Source: Tolypothrix carrinoi HA7290-LM1 (GTDB lineage Bacteria > Cyanobacteriota > Cyanobacteriia > Cyanobacteriales > Nostocaceae). Taken from it: a stretch of DNA of 37,658 nucleotides. The stretch is from NCBI GenBank assembly GCA_019358935.1, contig JAHHIK010000084.1, positions 1 through 37,658 of the forward strand, written 5' to 3'. The notes beneath the pieces were generated by a model. The model saw only the letters and a list, made by a program, of their open reading frames with translations. It was not told the DNA's origin and did not search any database. The position numbers and the translations under genes were made by a program. How positions within the stretch are numbered: position 1 is the stretch's first letter; each line of letters begins with the position of its first letter. Shown piece after piece: positions 17,928-28,325 of this stretch.

Positions 17928-18590
17928 ATGACAGTAACTAAGCAATTCAAAACTACCAAGCTTATAAGCGCTAAAAGCAGACGCTCAAACTTATCTCAAA
18001 ATTCGACATTGAAAATGGTTCCGTGCCAATTTAAGCTAGCACTGTGGCTAGTACAGACACGATTCATGGCGATTTTTGTTGCCGTTGTTGGATTGACGAT
18101 CGCTGCTACCCCTGCGTCAGCTTTCTCATCTAAAGCTGACAGCTTCATCAAAAATCGTTCAGTAAATTTATTGAATGATAATCACACCAGCTTGAATTTG
18201 GAACTGGATTTGACTCAAACAAAATTTACTAGTAACGAAGCTATAGATGAGTTGAACTTAAATCAAGTTCAACCATACGATTTTGATACACAGAGAATTT
18301 TGACAACTGGTAATCAAGTTTCGCAATTGCTGCAAAAAGCAGAAAGCAATATAGAAGAAATTATTCAAGCTAGTGAAGTGTCAAGTGAGACAATAGACGG
18401 CAAAACTTTCTATAAATATCAGCTTGGGGATACAAAGTCTAAAACCAAAGAAACGCTTACATATACTAATACTTGGAAAGCACCTGCGTCTCCTCCTAAA
18501 AGAAGGATACCAGAACCCTCAACAATATTAGGGCTAATAGCGATCGCTAGTTTGTTTGTCACCCAGCGTCAAAAGATGAAAATACGCTAA
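17928..18590 (+). CDS. PEP-CTERM sorting-domain protein (start uncertain)
   Basis: Signal-like hydrophobic stretch ending ATPASA; C-terminal IPEPSTILGLIAIASLF followed by a basic tail. Confidence 0.85.
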   Translation: MTVTKQFKTTKLISAKSRRSNLSQNSTLKMVPCQFKLALWLVQTRFMAIFVAVVGLTIAATPASAFSSKADSFIKNRSVNLLNDNHTSLNLELDLTQTKFTSNEAIDELNLNQVQPYDFDTQRILTTGNQVSQLLQKAESNIEEIIQASEVSSETIDGKTFYKYQLGDTKSKTKETLTYTNTWKAPASPPKRRIPEPSTILGLIAIASLFVTQRQKMKIR

Positions 18591-18711
18591 GGGTAAGAAT
18601 CATTTTCATCATCGTCTAATCCAATTTTTCACTTAATTCATCATATTTATGTATTATTGCCTTGTTTCATGGCAATATTTTTTTGTGTTTTATATTAGAC
18701 GATAGATAGAA

Positions 18712-19131
18712 ATGACAGCAAGATTCTTTAAGAGACAGCAGTTTCAATTACATCAGTCTAAACGAATTTTGCTAATTGAAGATAATGATGTTAATAGAAT
18801 ATTGCTTGATGATTATCTAAATTATTGTGGTTATGATGTCCGAAGTTTATCAGAGGCTTCTACTTTTTTCTCAACTATAAAACAATTCCAACCCAAGTTA
18901 ATTTTATTAGACTTAAAATTGCCAGATATTGATGGTTATACCCTGCTAGAACAAATGCATAATAAACCAGATTATGTTAACATACCTGTTATTGTAGTTT
19001 CAGCTTTAGCTTTTAAAGCAGATCAACAACGAGCTTTAGATTTAGGTGCTTGTCGCTATTTTGTTAAACCCGTAAATTTAATTGATTTAATTCAAGCAAT
19101 TGAAGAAGAATTGGCTTTGAACAGTAAATAA
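18712..19131 (+). CDS. Single-domain response regulator (CheY/DivK-like)
   Basis: ILLIEDN, LILLDLKLPDIDG, VVSA, FVKP. Confidence 0.92.
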   Translation: MTARFFKRQQFQLHQSKRILLIEDNDVNRILLDDYLNYCGYDVRSLSEASTFFSTIKQFQPKLILLDLKLPDIDGYTLLEQMHNKPDYVNIPVIVVSALAFKADQQRALDLGACRYFVKPVNLIDLIQAIEEELALNSK

Positions 19132-19152
19132 ACTTTCGTGCTTGGTGTGAGT

Positions 19153-19332
19153 TTATTCAGATTTTTGGCTGGCAATGAACTCTTCAACAATCTGACTCAG
19201 GTTTTGCACATTATTACCAATTTCGGAAATTTTACGTTGAGCTTGTGCTATAAGCAACATTGCTGTTTGCAGTTCGTTGAGTGTTTCATCCATAGAGTTA
19301 CGATATTGAGATTCAAAATCTTGCAGGTTCAT
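19153..19332 (-). CDS. Small coiled-coil hypothetical protein (59 aa from MNLQDF)
   Basis: Heptad pattern LNELQTAMLLIAQAQRKISEIGNNVQNLSQIVEEF. Confidence 0.6.
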   Translation of the reverse strand: MNLQDFESQYRNSMDETLNELQTAMLLIAQAQRKISEIGNNVQNLSQIVEEFIASQKSE

Positions 19333-19787
19333 TGTTTTTCTCGCGTCTGAAATCCTATCGTTTACAGTTTCAATCGTAATCAATATGCTGAAATTGCTAA
19401 ATCCGTTAATTCGCTTAATGTTTGACGCTTTAGTTAAACTCCGGAATCTTGCTTATTAATTAATGAATAATATAACAACTTTATATAAAAATACCCAATA
19501 CAAGTATTGATATAGTGAAATAAGTAATAAAAAGGCTGGCAAAAATGGTCAAGTAAAATAATAGCCGAGTAATGAAAAAGTAATTTGGCTTGAAAATAAA
19601 GAAGAGAATGATAATTTAGAAAATATGTAGTAGATATATGAATTTATAAAATATTTTCACACATGCAAAGACTAAAAGTTGTCTGCGTGCTTAATATTTT
19701 CTTGATAAATAATCTATGAAATCAACACATTTATATGAATTTTTATTAAAATAGAGATAGGTATATTTGTGAAACTACTTAATAGTT

Positions 19788-21665
19788 GTGACAACATCTG
19801 CTCAAATAGTACCACTGCTTAAAGATCCAGAACGTCTGGAAAACCGTCTGGTGGAAATTCCCCCGGAACCTGGGGTTTATTTCATGCGCGACGGAAGCGA
19901 TCGCATAATCTATATAGGTAAATCGCGAAAATTGCGATCGCGTGTCCGTTCATATTTCCGCGATTCGCAAAAACTAAGCGAACGCATCGCGACAATGGTA
20001 AAGCAGGTGACGGAAATCGAATTTATCGTCACCGATACCGAAGCTGAAGCTTTAGCGCTAGAAGCAAACTTAATCAAGCAGCACCAGCCATACTTCAATG
20101 TGCTGCTAAAGGATGATAAAAAATATCCTTACGTATGCATCACTTGGTCTGAAGAATATCCGCGTATTTTTATCACCCGCAAACGTAAAAGCGGTAACGA
20201 AAAAGATAAGTTTTACGGACCTTATACTGATTCTCACCTGTTACGGGAAATATTACGCATATCTAAACGCATCTTCGCACTCAAACAACGACCCCAACCA
20301 CTTTTTAAAGACCGTCCTTGCCTAAATTACGATTTAGGTCGCTGTCCGGGTGTGTGTCAAAAACTGATTTCACCAGAAGAATACCGCAAAACTGTGCAAA
20401 AAGTGGCGATGGTGTTTCAAGGTCGAAGTCAGGAACTAATTGATATCTTGACACAACAGATGCAGAAATCGGCGGAAGCGCTAAATTTTGAGTCTGCTGC
20501 ACGAATTCGCGATCAAATCGCTGGGTTGAAGTCGTTGAATGCAAATCAAAAAGTTGCCTTACCGGATGATACCGTTTCGCGGGATGCGATCGCTCTCGCG
20601 GGTAATGATAAACACGCTTGTATTCAATTATTCCAAATTCGCGCAGGGCAACTTGTCGGACGTTTGGGTTTCGTTGCCGATACTCACGCTGAACCTGGAG
20701 CCATTTTACAACGAGTGTTGGAGGAACATTATCAAACCGCCGACGCGGTGGAAATTCCCGCAGAAATTTTGGTACAGCACGAGTTACCAGATGCAGAAAT
20801 ATTAGCCGATGTCTTAACTCAACGCAAACAACGAAAAGTCACGATTTTGGCTCCGCAGCGGCAAACTAAGGCAGAATTAATTGAGATGGTCGAGCGAAAT
20901 GCTCAGTTTGAATTGCAAAGAATGCAAAAATTGGGCGATCGCAATCACCAAGCTATGCAAGATTTAGCCGCGATTCTCGATTTACCCGATTTACCTCACC
21001 GCATCGAAGGTTACGACATTTCACACATCCAAGGTTCAAATGCAGTAGCTTCCCAAGTCGTGTTTATCGACGGAATCAGCGCTAACCAGCATTATCGTCA
21101 CTACAAAATCAAAAATCCCACAGTGACTGCCGGACATTCAGATGATTTTGCGAGTTTGGCTGAAGTTATTCAGCGTCGCTTTCGTAAGTATGCTGAAGAT
21201 CCGGAGTTATTAAGACAGGGTAATCCAGATTTTCCCGATCTAATTATGATTGATGGCGGTAAAGGTCAATTATCTTCAGTTGTCGCTGTCTTGCAAGAGA
21301 TGAACTTGTTAGAGGACTTGCGAGTCGTCAGTTTAGCAAAGCAGCGAGAAGAGATTTTTCTTCCGGGAGAATCCGCACCATTGCAAACTGAAGCTGAACA
21401 ACCAGGAGTGCAGTTGTTACGACGTTTGCGGGATGAAGCGCATAGATTTGCAGTTAGTTTTCATCGTCAGCAGCGCAGTGATAAATTAAGGCGATCGCGT
21501 TTAGATGAAATTCCCGGTTTGGGACACCATCGACAAAAGCAGCTTTTAGGACATTTTCGCTCTGTTGATTATATCCGACAAGCGACACCCGCACAACTAG
21601 CTGAGGTTGCGGGAATTGGTCCGCGTTTAGCGCAAGAGATTTACGATTATTTTCATCCCTCTTAA
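19788..21665 (+). CDS. uvrC: Excinuclease ABC subunit C
   Basis: GIY-YIG PGVY...[31 protein letters not shown], HhH IPGLG/VAGIG. Confidence 0.97.
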   Translation: MTTSAQIVPLLKDPERLENRLVEIPPEPGVYFMRDGSDRIIYIGKSRKLRSRVRSYFRDSQKLSERIATMVKQVTEIEFIVTDTEAEALALEANLIKQHQPYFNVLLKDDKKYPYVCITWSEEYPRIFITRKRKSGNEKDKFYGPYTDSHLLREILRISKRIFALKQRPQPLFKDRPCLNYDLGRCPGVCQKLISPEEYRKTVQKVAMVFQGRSQELIDILTQQMQKSAEALNFESAARIRDQIAGLKSLNANQKVALPDDTVSRDAIALAGNDKHACIQLFQIRAGQLVGRLGFVADTHAEPGAILQRVLEEHYQTADAVEIPAEILVQHELPDAEILADVLTQRKQRKVTILAPQRQTKAELIEMVERNAQFELQRMQKLGDRNHQAMQDLAAILDLPDLPHRIEGYDISHIQGSNAVASQVVFIDGISANQHYRHYKIKNPTVTAGHSDDFASLAEVIQRRFRKYAEDPELLRQGNPDFPDLIMIDGGKGQLSSVVAVLQEMNLLEDLRVVSLAKQREEIFLPGESAPLQTEAEQPGVQLLRRLRDEAHRFAVSFHRQQRSDKLRRSRLDEIPGLGHHRQKQLLGHFRSVDYIRQATPAQLAEVAGIGPRLAQEIYDYFHPS

Positions 21666-21745
21666 GAGGCATTATCTAAGATATGGCTAATTGATAATTG
21701 GGAAAATCCATTAGTCATTACCAATAAAGAAATTTAGCTAAAATA

Positions 21746-21779
21746 GCTCATGCTGTTAATTTACAGTATGAGCATTTTT
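21746..21779. terminator. Terminator hairpin between convergent uvrC and Uma2 genes
   Basis: GCTCATGCTGT-TAATTT-ACAGTATGAGC-ATTTTT. Confidence 0.6.
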
Positions 21780-21846
21780 AATTAAAGTTAAAACCGAAAC
21801 TGTAAGCGAACCACCTAGTTTGTAATTCGTCCAAAATAAGCATAAA

Positions 21847-22458
21847 TTACAAAGCCGCATCGAAAACCTGTTGGGCGGTAAGGTTCAGTTTGGGGAAAGT
21901 TGGAGAGACTATTGGAGTGTTGCCCCGGAACAATGTTCTGACATATTCACCATCCACAAGTTCGCACACAAAAAGAGCGGGCTGTTTGGGATTGCCGAGA
22001 AAATCGCGTCCGCCCAATGCTGCATAATCCGCTATCCAATATTCGGGGATGCCCATCTCTTCATAATCGGCAAACTTTTTGTGGTAGTCGTCGCGCCAGT
22101 TTGTTGAGACAACTTCAATTACTAAAGGAATTGATGCTCCTTGGGTAACAGTTGACTCTTTTTCCCATAAAGGTTCATTAGGGAGATTATCAGAATTTAC
22201 CAACAAAACATCAGGGAAGTATCCCGAATCTTTTTCAGCAGGTTTGACTAATGCAGTTTTGGGAAGTAGATAGGGAACCCCCATCCTAACTTGCACGGCT
22301 AGCTCTAAGGTTAAAAAGCTTGTGACTTTTTCGTGTTTCCCCGTTGGCTGCAACATTTCAACAATCACTTTATCATGTAGCTCGTAACGCTTACCGTCGT
22401 TGGGGAGCCACTCGATAAATTTTTCATAGGTTACGAGTTTGGGTAAGGTTTGGGTCAT
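21847..22458 (-). CDS. Uma2-family (DUF820) PD-(D/E)XK endonuclease
   Basis: RYEL, YFPDV, LVIEVVS, DDYHKKFADYEEMGIPEYWIAD. Confidence 0.9.
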   Translation of the reverse strand: MTQTLPKLVTYEKFIEWLPNDGKRYELHDKVIVEMLQPTGKHEKVTSFLTLELAVQVRMGVPYLLPKTALVKPAEKDSGYFPDVLLVNSDNLPNEPLWEKESTVTQGASIPLVIEVVSTNWRDDYHKKFADYEEMGIPEYWIADYAALGGRDFLGNPKQPALFVCELVDGEYVRTLFRGNTPIVSPTFPKLNLTAQQVFDAAL

Positions 22459-22707
22459 AGTAACGCCTCCACATATATTTGACTTTACCAGCCTATAAAA
22501 GAGGTTTGCGTGCAATCTATTTATTTATTTGAAAATCGCGATCAATTTATCTTCAAAATTAATTCTCAATCTACTACCCAAAGCTTAAGTAAATCTTAAG
22601 ATATTTTTTTTGTGACTAAAAATACAGTTATTTGGTAATTTTAACTTTTTACTGCAAATACTACTTATGCTGAAAGTTGATGTCTGATGTCACCAATTTT
22701 GCTCTTA

Positions 22708-22816
22708 AAAAAATGGGGAGGGTTTGAAGCCCCATGATTAATCGTGGGGTCTACTAGACTGTTTGTAGAAACCCGACGCTCGATGACTCGCTACCGCTCC
22801 GCTATCCCCATTTTTT
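22708..22816. repeat. Small inverted-repeat element whose right arm is interrupted by a 30-bp repeat
   Basis: AAAAAATGGGGAGGGTTT (22708-25) vs AAACCC[30 bp]TCCCCATTTTTT (22769-816); internal hairpin GCCCCATGATTAATCGTGGGGT. Confidence 0.65.
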
Positions 22817-23181
22817 CTAGCATCGCTCGGTAACAGGAAAAAAAAGTTTAAATAACTGCAAATTACTTAATCTCAAGGCTTTATTGATGGGGATCAGCGG
22901 ATATAGAAGCGTTATGCATTTGACAAAATTAATTTATATGTCTAAAGTTGGATGTGTTGAGTACGTAATGATTAAGATAATAAAACCACAAGAACATTTT
23001 ATGAATTAAAACTTTTGTTGAAGATGATGACAGAATATAGTCGCTTTTGTTAGATTGTGTCAAATCAGAAGCTTTACTGGTTGAATGGACACTTTTTTCT
23101 CATTTGCCTTAAGTCAGAAAATTTTCTGGTTTAATTGACGGTTTTTATCCATAAAAAATTACTACATCAAGGGATTTTAAA

Positions 23182-23361
23182 ATGCAAATAGTACAAAAAA
23201 TTCGTTGCCCAAACTGCGGTAGCGAGGGTGAAAGGCATTATCTTTCTCATAGTCAATTGACTCGCACACAATGCCCGACTTGTGACTACTTAATGATATC
23301 TTGCACCCGCACTGGTAGAGTGATTGAGGCTTATGCCCCAGGTATTCTTGCTAGAAGGTAA
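23182..23361 (+). CDS. 59-aa zinc-ribbon protein (absent from the ORF track)
   Basis: MQIVQKIRCPNCGSEGERHYLSHSQLTRTQCPTCDYLMISCTRTGRVIEAYAPGILARR*; two CxxC pairs; AAGGGA upstream. Confidence 0.8.
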   Translation: MQIVQKIRCPNCGSEGERHYLSHSQLTRTQCPTCDYLMISCTRTGRVIEAYAPGILARR

Positions 23362-23371
23362 ATGAGGCGCG

Positions 23372-23400
23372 GTAGAGACGTTCCACTGGAACGTCTGTAC
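23372..23400. repeat. GTAG REP-like palindrome
   Basis: GTAGAGACGTTCCACTGGAACGTCTGTAC, between convergent genes. Confidence 0.75.
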
Positions 23401-23430
23401 GAAAGTTGAGAAAAAATTGCTCACTGTTAA

Positions 23431-24582
23431 TTACTTTTTACTTGTTCTTAGTTGTCCACAAGCTGCATCAGCTTCTAAGCCACGAGAATAGCGGACGCTA
23501 ACAGCAATATTTTGCTGTTTGAGAACTGTAAGGAAAGCTTGTATGCGATCGCTATTTGGGCGTTTGTAATCGACTTCGCTGATAGGATTGTAGGGAATCA
23601 AATTAACGTGACTTTGAAAGCCTCGCATACATTTCGCTAATTGTAATGCGTGTTCTGGTAAGTCGTTCACCCCAGCCAAAAGAACGTATTCAAAACTAAC
23701 GCGACGTCCGGTGATTTCTACATATTCGCGACATTCGGCAAGTAAATCTTCAATTTTGTAAGAATGTGCGCTGGGGATGAGTTGTTCTCGCAGTGGTTGG
23801 TTAGGTGCGTGGAGACTAACAGCGAGAGTAACTTGCAGATGGTGTTGAGCTAGTTGACGAATGCGATCGCGTATTCCCACAGTAGATAAAGTAAGCGATC
23901 GCTGTCCAATTCCCACATCTTTATTTAAAGATTTGATCGCACCTAAAACATTATCTACATTCAACAACGGTTCGCCCATACCCATAAATACTACATGGCT
24001 AACACGTTGCTGAAAATCTTCTTGGACAGTTAAAACTTGATCGACAATTTCATGGCGTGCTAAATTGCGCTTATATCCACCCTTCCCAGTAGCGCAGAAA
24101 TCACAAGCCATCGGACAACCCACTTGCGTAGAAACGCAAACAGTCAACCTTTCAAGTGATTGGCTACTTTCTCCTCCCCCAAGTCCTCCTTGTCCTCCTT
24201 GTCCCCCAAGTCCTCCTTGCCCCCCTGTCCCCTTATCTCCCCACCGAAAAGTGGGAATACCAACGGTTTCAATAATCTGACCATCTGCTAATCGCAAAAG
24301 ATACTTGACAGTGCCATCAGGGGCGACAGAGCGGTAATGTAAAGTTGAGCGTCCAATGGGGATTTCTGCAACTTCGGCACGCCATTGTTTAGAAAAGACA
24401 GAGATATCGTTAAGCGATCGCACGCCTTTGTTATATATCCAATCATGCAGCTGCTTTCCTCTGTAAGCGGGTTGTTTTTGTTGCTGAACCCAAACCGTCA
24501 ATTCCTCCAAAGAAGCGCCTAATAGTGGCGGAATCGAGATTTGTGCTTGGGGTGTGGTGATTGTGGCAGAGTTAGCAGACAT
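23431..24582 (-). CDS. rlmN: 23S rRNA (A2503-C2)/tRNA methyltransferase RlmN with in-frame Gly-rich insert
   Basis: Radical SAM motif [31 protein letters not shown]. Confidence 0.96.
   Translation of the reverse strand: MSANSATITTPQAQISIPPLLGASLEELTVWVQQQKQPAYRGKQLHDWIYNKGVRSLNDISVFSKQWRAEVAEIPIGRSTLHYRSVAPDGTVKYLLRLADGQIIETVGIPTFRWGDKGTGGQGGLGGQGGQGGLGGGESSQSLERLTVCVSTQVGCPMACDFCATGKGGYKRNLARHEIVDQVLTVQEDFQQRVSHVVFMGMGEPLLNVDNVLGAIKSLNKDVGIGQRSLTLSTVGIRDRIRQLAQHHLQVTLAVSLHAPNQPLREQLIPSAHSYKIEDLLAECREYVEITGRRVSFEYVLLAGVNDLPEHALQLAKCMRGFQSHVNLIPYNPISEVDYKRPNSDRIQAFLTVLKQQNIAVSVRYSRGLEADAACGQLRTSKK
24170..24246 (-). repeat. In-frame GGACAAG repeat in rlmN
   Basis: Encodes [25 protein letters not shown] between VGIPT and RLTVCVS. 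Confidence 0.85.
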
Positions 24583-24670
24583 AACATTTAGGAATTGGCA
24601 TCGGATCTATATGGTAGGCGATCGCCGCTGCTAGTGTCTGGAATTATTACTTTAAGTAAGGTAGTGAGCG

Positions 24671-24726
24671 GTGAGCCAGCGCGGTCTTGGGGGTTTCCCC
24701 CATGAGCGACTGGCGAACCCGAAGGG
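24671..24726. repeat. Small dispersed repeat (GAGCCAG...CTGGCG family)
   Basis: GAGCCAGCGCGGTCTTGGGGGTTTCCCCCATGAGCGACTGGCGAACCCGAAGGG, flanked by inverted TGAGCGGTGA/TCACCGCTCA. Confidence 0.75.
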
Positions 24727-24727
24727 T

Positions 24728-27628
24728 TCACCGCTCAATTGCAAGACTTTTCTGCCGGATGGGAATTTCAATGCAAAACTCTGCACCAAATCCTGGCTGG
24801 GAAATACACTCTATTTTGCCCTTATGTTTATCCACGACAATTTGATAGCTAATTGATAATCCTAAACCGGTACCTTGTCCCACAGGTTTAGTTGTGAAGA
24901 AAGGGTCAAATAATCTTTGCCTAACACTTTCGCTCATCCCCCCTCCATTATCTTTAATCGAAATAGCCACAAAATCGGAATTTAATAATTTAGTAGAGAT
25001 AATAATTGTACTTAGGTTATTTTTTACTTCCGCTTTTGTTCTTTGATTGTAATCATCCAGTGCATCAATACTATTACTCAAAATGTTCATAAACACTTGA
25101 TTAAGTTGTCCGGCATAACATTGAACTTGAGGTAAATCACCATATTCTTTGATAATTTCAATCGGTGGATGATCGGACTTTGCCTTCAAACGACTTTGCA
25201 AAATTAATAATGTGCTATCAATACCTTCATGAATATTGACAGGTTTCATATCAGATTCGTCAAGACGCGAGAAATTGCGTAAGGTAAGGACAATTTCGCG
25301 AATTCGCTGAGTGCCAACTCTCATTGAAGAAAAAGTTTTGGGCATATCTTGCATCAAAAAATCAAGGTCAATTTCGTCGATAAAATCATTAATTTCTTCT
25401 GTGGTTTGGGGATAATTGTTTTGATAAAGCTTAATTAAAGCGATCAAATCTTGAATGTAGCTATCAATATGAGTCAAGTTGCCGTGGATGAAGTTGACTG
25501 GGTTATTGATTTCGTGTGCGACACCAGCAACAAGTTGACCGAGGCTGGACATTTTCTCAGTTTGAATTAACTGCGCTTGGGTGCGCTGCAAATCTTGGAT
25601 AGCAAGTTTTAATTTAGCCGCTTGTGCAGTAGCAGTTGCAGCTAATTCTTCCTTGATTTGCAAAGCTTGACGAAGTTCGGCTTCAGCTTGCTTGCGTTGT
25701 GTGATGTCGCGCAGAATAACAATATATTCTTGAATATTTTGATTGACTCTAGTGGAAATTGCCACATCAAGAATGCGAGAATGGCGCTTGAGAATTTGTT
25801 CGCTACGGGTAGACCAATTTTCCGGTTGATTAGGCAAATCAAAAAGTAAATTACTCATATGCAATTCTTGCAAATGATTGGTATCCATCTCCAAAAGCTG
25901 CAAAGCTGCTTTATTTGCCTTGCGAACAATGCCATTTTCATCTAGTAATAAAACGGCATCAAGAACCGTGTCTAGGGCAATTCTAAATAAATGTTCTGCC
26001 TCATCCCGCGCTTCGACAATCGAAGTAACTTGTAGCAAACTTGTCCAGGATGCGATCGCAATTCCCACAAAAGCGATTGACATCACCAAAATAGCCAACA
26101 AATTCGTACTAATTTCAATGGGAGCATCATCTAACCTAGCTCGGATCAGCCAACCGATCGCCGTCGCACCAGAAATCAATACGAGCAGAATGGATACTTG
26201 CAGCACGACAACATCTTTTTTGAGATCGTTGTCAAACAGCGATCGCCGACGTTTGATCCACCATGCAGGATGCATGAAAGCAAAGCTGACGCGGCGGATA
26301 ACCGCATCTGCTGCCAAAATAGTTAGGGGAAACAGAATGCTAATCAGCCAATCTCTCTTGCCTAGAGACAAACCCCCAACTATCAAGACAAGCAATTCTA
26401 CCAGAAAAAAGCCCCCAGACCACCAACCCCATCGGACTTCTGGTCGTCCTCGCTGTAGCCAAAAAGCTAAATGGGTGATGGCGATCGCTGCAAAGTACCC
26501 CGTCCCACCCACCATCACGACTTGAGTTACATTACCCCAACATAAGAATACCAGACTAATTAAAAATGTAAATATTAAAGCAGGTGTAAGCACGCCACGG
26601 CGAGACACAACCCCAAACACAGGTGCCATGTGTCCATCTAGCGCCAATTGAGACAACACGCGGGGACACAGAGCAACCGCAGTCGCCAAACCCAGAAGGT
26701 TGCCACAGGCAATCAACAGTCTCGCCAGAAACGAGGCTGTGTTACCCCAGAATGGTTTAGCAGTTGCTAACAGATTCAAAAAAGTATTTTCGCCTAGTGC
26801 CGGTGTTGCCAACCGCATCAGTACCCAGGAACTACCTAGAAAGAAAATCGGCATCAGCCAAGCAGTCCATGAGAGAAACTTCAAAGTTTTTTGCGGTTTT
26901 CGGCTATCAGCAACAAAAGCAGCAGCGCTTTCACAGCTATACACAATGTAGGTAGCGATGAAGTAATACTTCGCCCAATCGCTCAAATTTAGAGACGTTG
27001 CATCAAAAGCGAGGTTAGAAGGGATAAGTCCAGGGCTATTTGGCGACAAAGCTAACCAACCGATACCTTCAACGCTGTAAGTGAAAGCGATCGCTCCTGC
27101 TGGAATCACTAAAAACATGTGCAGCAGCGCTAAAGCACGAGTGCCACTAAAAGCCACAATAAAAGGCAGAACCGTAAAGCCAATTTTTAACAGCATTTCC
27201 GGACAAGCAATCCCCAAAGGCTTTAGGTTTGTTTGAATCAGATCCGTTAGCAAAATACCATTCATCGCCGGTCCTGAAGCCCAGCCGATAAAGTATCCAA
27301 TGGCTGCATAGCGACCCAAACCAGGATAGTTTTTCAACAACTTAGTGGTATAATTAGGCGTTCCCCCGGACATCTCTGGGAAATGCATCGCCATGCGTTT
27401 GACTTGCAAATTCAGCAGCATTCCCACGATGACGCACGGTAGCACCACAAAGATTGCTTTCGTTCCCAGCGCTGCATTGATCGGAACTGCAACACCTATC
27501 CAAGTAAGCGGGCTAGTCATGCTAAAGCCCCAAGTTTCCAAAGAACTGAGGCTGCGCGGAAGACGCATTTTCCGGTCCGGAAACATTATTGATGTTTCTA
27601 ATTTGCTGTTATCTGTCTGTTTGAACAC
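24728..27628 (-). CDS. APC-superfamily amino-acid permease-PAS-histidine kinase fusion (start uncertain)
   Basis: ~540-aa polytopic N-terminus (FPEMSGGTPNY, CPRVLSQLALDGHMAPVF..VSRRGV), PAS DAVLLLDENG..RKAN, H-box VAHEINNP, N/G1/F/G2 boxes. Confidence 0.9.
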   Translation of the reverse strand: MFKQTDNSKLETSIMFPDRKMRLPRSLSSLETWGFSMTSPLTWIGVAVPINAALGTKAIFVVLPCVIVGMLLNLQVKRMAMHFPEMSGGTPNYTTKLLKNYPGLGRYAAIGYFIGWASGPAMNGILLTDLIQTNLKPLGIACPEMLLKIGFTVLPFIVAFSGTRALALLHMFLVIPAGAIAFTYSVEGIGWLALSPNSPGLIPSNLAFDATSLNLSDWAKYYFIATYIVYSCESAAAFVADSRKPQKTLKFLSWTAWLMPIFFLGSSWVLMRLATPALGENTFLNLLATAKPFWGNTASFLARLLIACGNLLGLATAVALCPRVLSQLALDGHMAPVFGVVSRRGVLTPALIFTFLISLVFLCWGNVTQVVMVGGTGYFAAIAITHLAFWLQRGRPEVRWGWWSGGFFLVELLVLIVGGLSLGKRDWLISILFPLTILAADAVIRRVSFAFMHPAWWIKRRRSLFDNDLKKDVVVLQVSILLVLISGATAIGWLIRARLDDAPIEISTNLLAILVMSIAFVGIAIASWTSLLQVTSIVEARDEAEHLFRIALDTVLDAVLLLDENGIVRKANKAALQLLEMDTNHLQELHMSNLLFDLPNQPENWSTRSEQILKRHSRILDVAISTRVNQNIQEYIVILRDITQRKQAEAELRQALQIKEELAATATAQAAKLKLAIQDLQRTQAQLIQTEKMSSLGQLVAGVAHEINNPVNFIHGNLTHIDSYIQDLIALIKLYQNNYPQTTEEINDFIDEIDLDFLMQDMPKTFSSMRVGTQRIREIVLTLRNFSRLDESDMKPVNIHEGIDSTLLILQSRLKAKSDHPPIEIIKEYGDLPQVQCYAGQLNQVFMNILSNSIDALDDYNQRTKAEVKNNLSTIIISTKLLNSDFVAISIKDNGGGMSESVRQRLFDPFFTTKPVGQGTGLGLSISYQIVVDKHKGKIECISQPGFGAEFCIEIPIRQKSLAIER

Positions 27629-27965
27629 AATTTTTATTTTTAGAGGTGATTAAACGAGGTCGCCAACTCAAGAAAATCGCTCTTAAGTTGCCGCGTGTTC
27701 TCCTATCCAATGTTTTGGAGAGTGGTTAAAAATGAAGTTTTGACGTGCAACTTCGTATTAGTATTCCCTTGGTTGTTTACTCGCTAACAACTTAGATAAA
27801 TTTACATAGGGTTTTCAGTATTTACCGACAAACATGAAAAAACCGGGTTTTTGACCAATTTTCATCAATCAACCCGGTTTATGCATAAATCTTAGTTTTT
27901 ATCAATGACAGCAATTTGTGGCATTAATACTTGCTACAGTCTAAGGCTACTTCTTGACAAAGAAA

Positions 27966-28319
27966 TTAACCAAAAGTTGAGCCATTCCAGCCCCACATAT
28001 AACCTTTAGCATCCGCAAACTCAATATAAGTGCGATTTTTCGGTACACCTAACGCAGAGTTAATTTCTTGGCAAAAATCCTGACTCATAGCTTGAGTTTG
28101 CTCTGATTTCATTGTACCGACGCTCTTTATTTCAATGTAGCAAACTGGGTCTGTACTGCCAGCGAAGGTCATGGGAATTTCACCTTCAAAAGCTGTCATA
28201 ATATAAGATTCTGGTTTGCCTGTATGCTTGGCTAACTTAGCTGATAAGCTTTTGAGCATTGCTTCAACTTCAGCTTTTGCCGGCGCAGATACAGAAGTTT
28301 GTACTTTAATTAAAGGCAT
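27966..28319 (-). CDS. MIF-family (phenylpyruvate tautomerase-like) protein
   Basis: Catalytic Pro1 (MPLIKVQT), GKPESY, MTFAGS..P, MWGWNGSTF. Confidence 0.92.
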   Translation of the reverse strand: MPLIKVQTSVSAPAKAEVEAMLKSLSAKLAKHTGKPESYIMTAFEGEIPMTFAGSTDPVCYIEIKSVGTMKSEQTQAMSQDFCQEINSALGVPKNRTYIEFADAKGYMWGWNGSTFG

Positions 28320-28325
28320 GGATTT

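Noticed and set aside
19440..19470. Second TCCGGA DIF1 candidate
   Set aside because: No G(A/T)A -10 element at 16-18 nt spacing on either strand.
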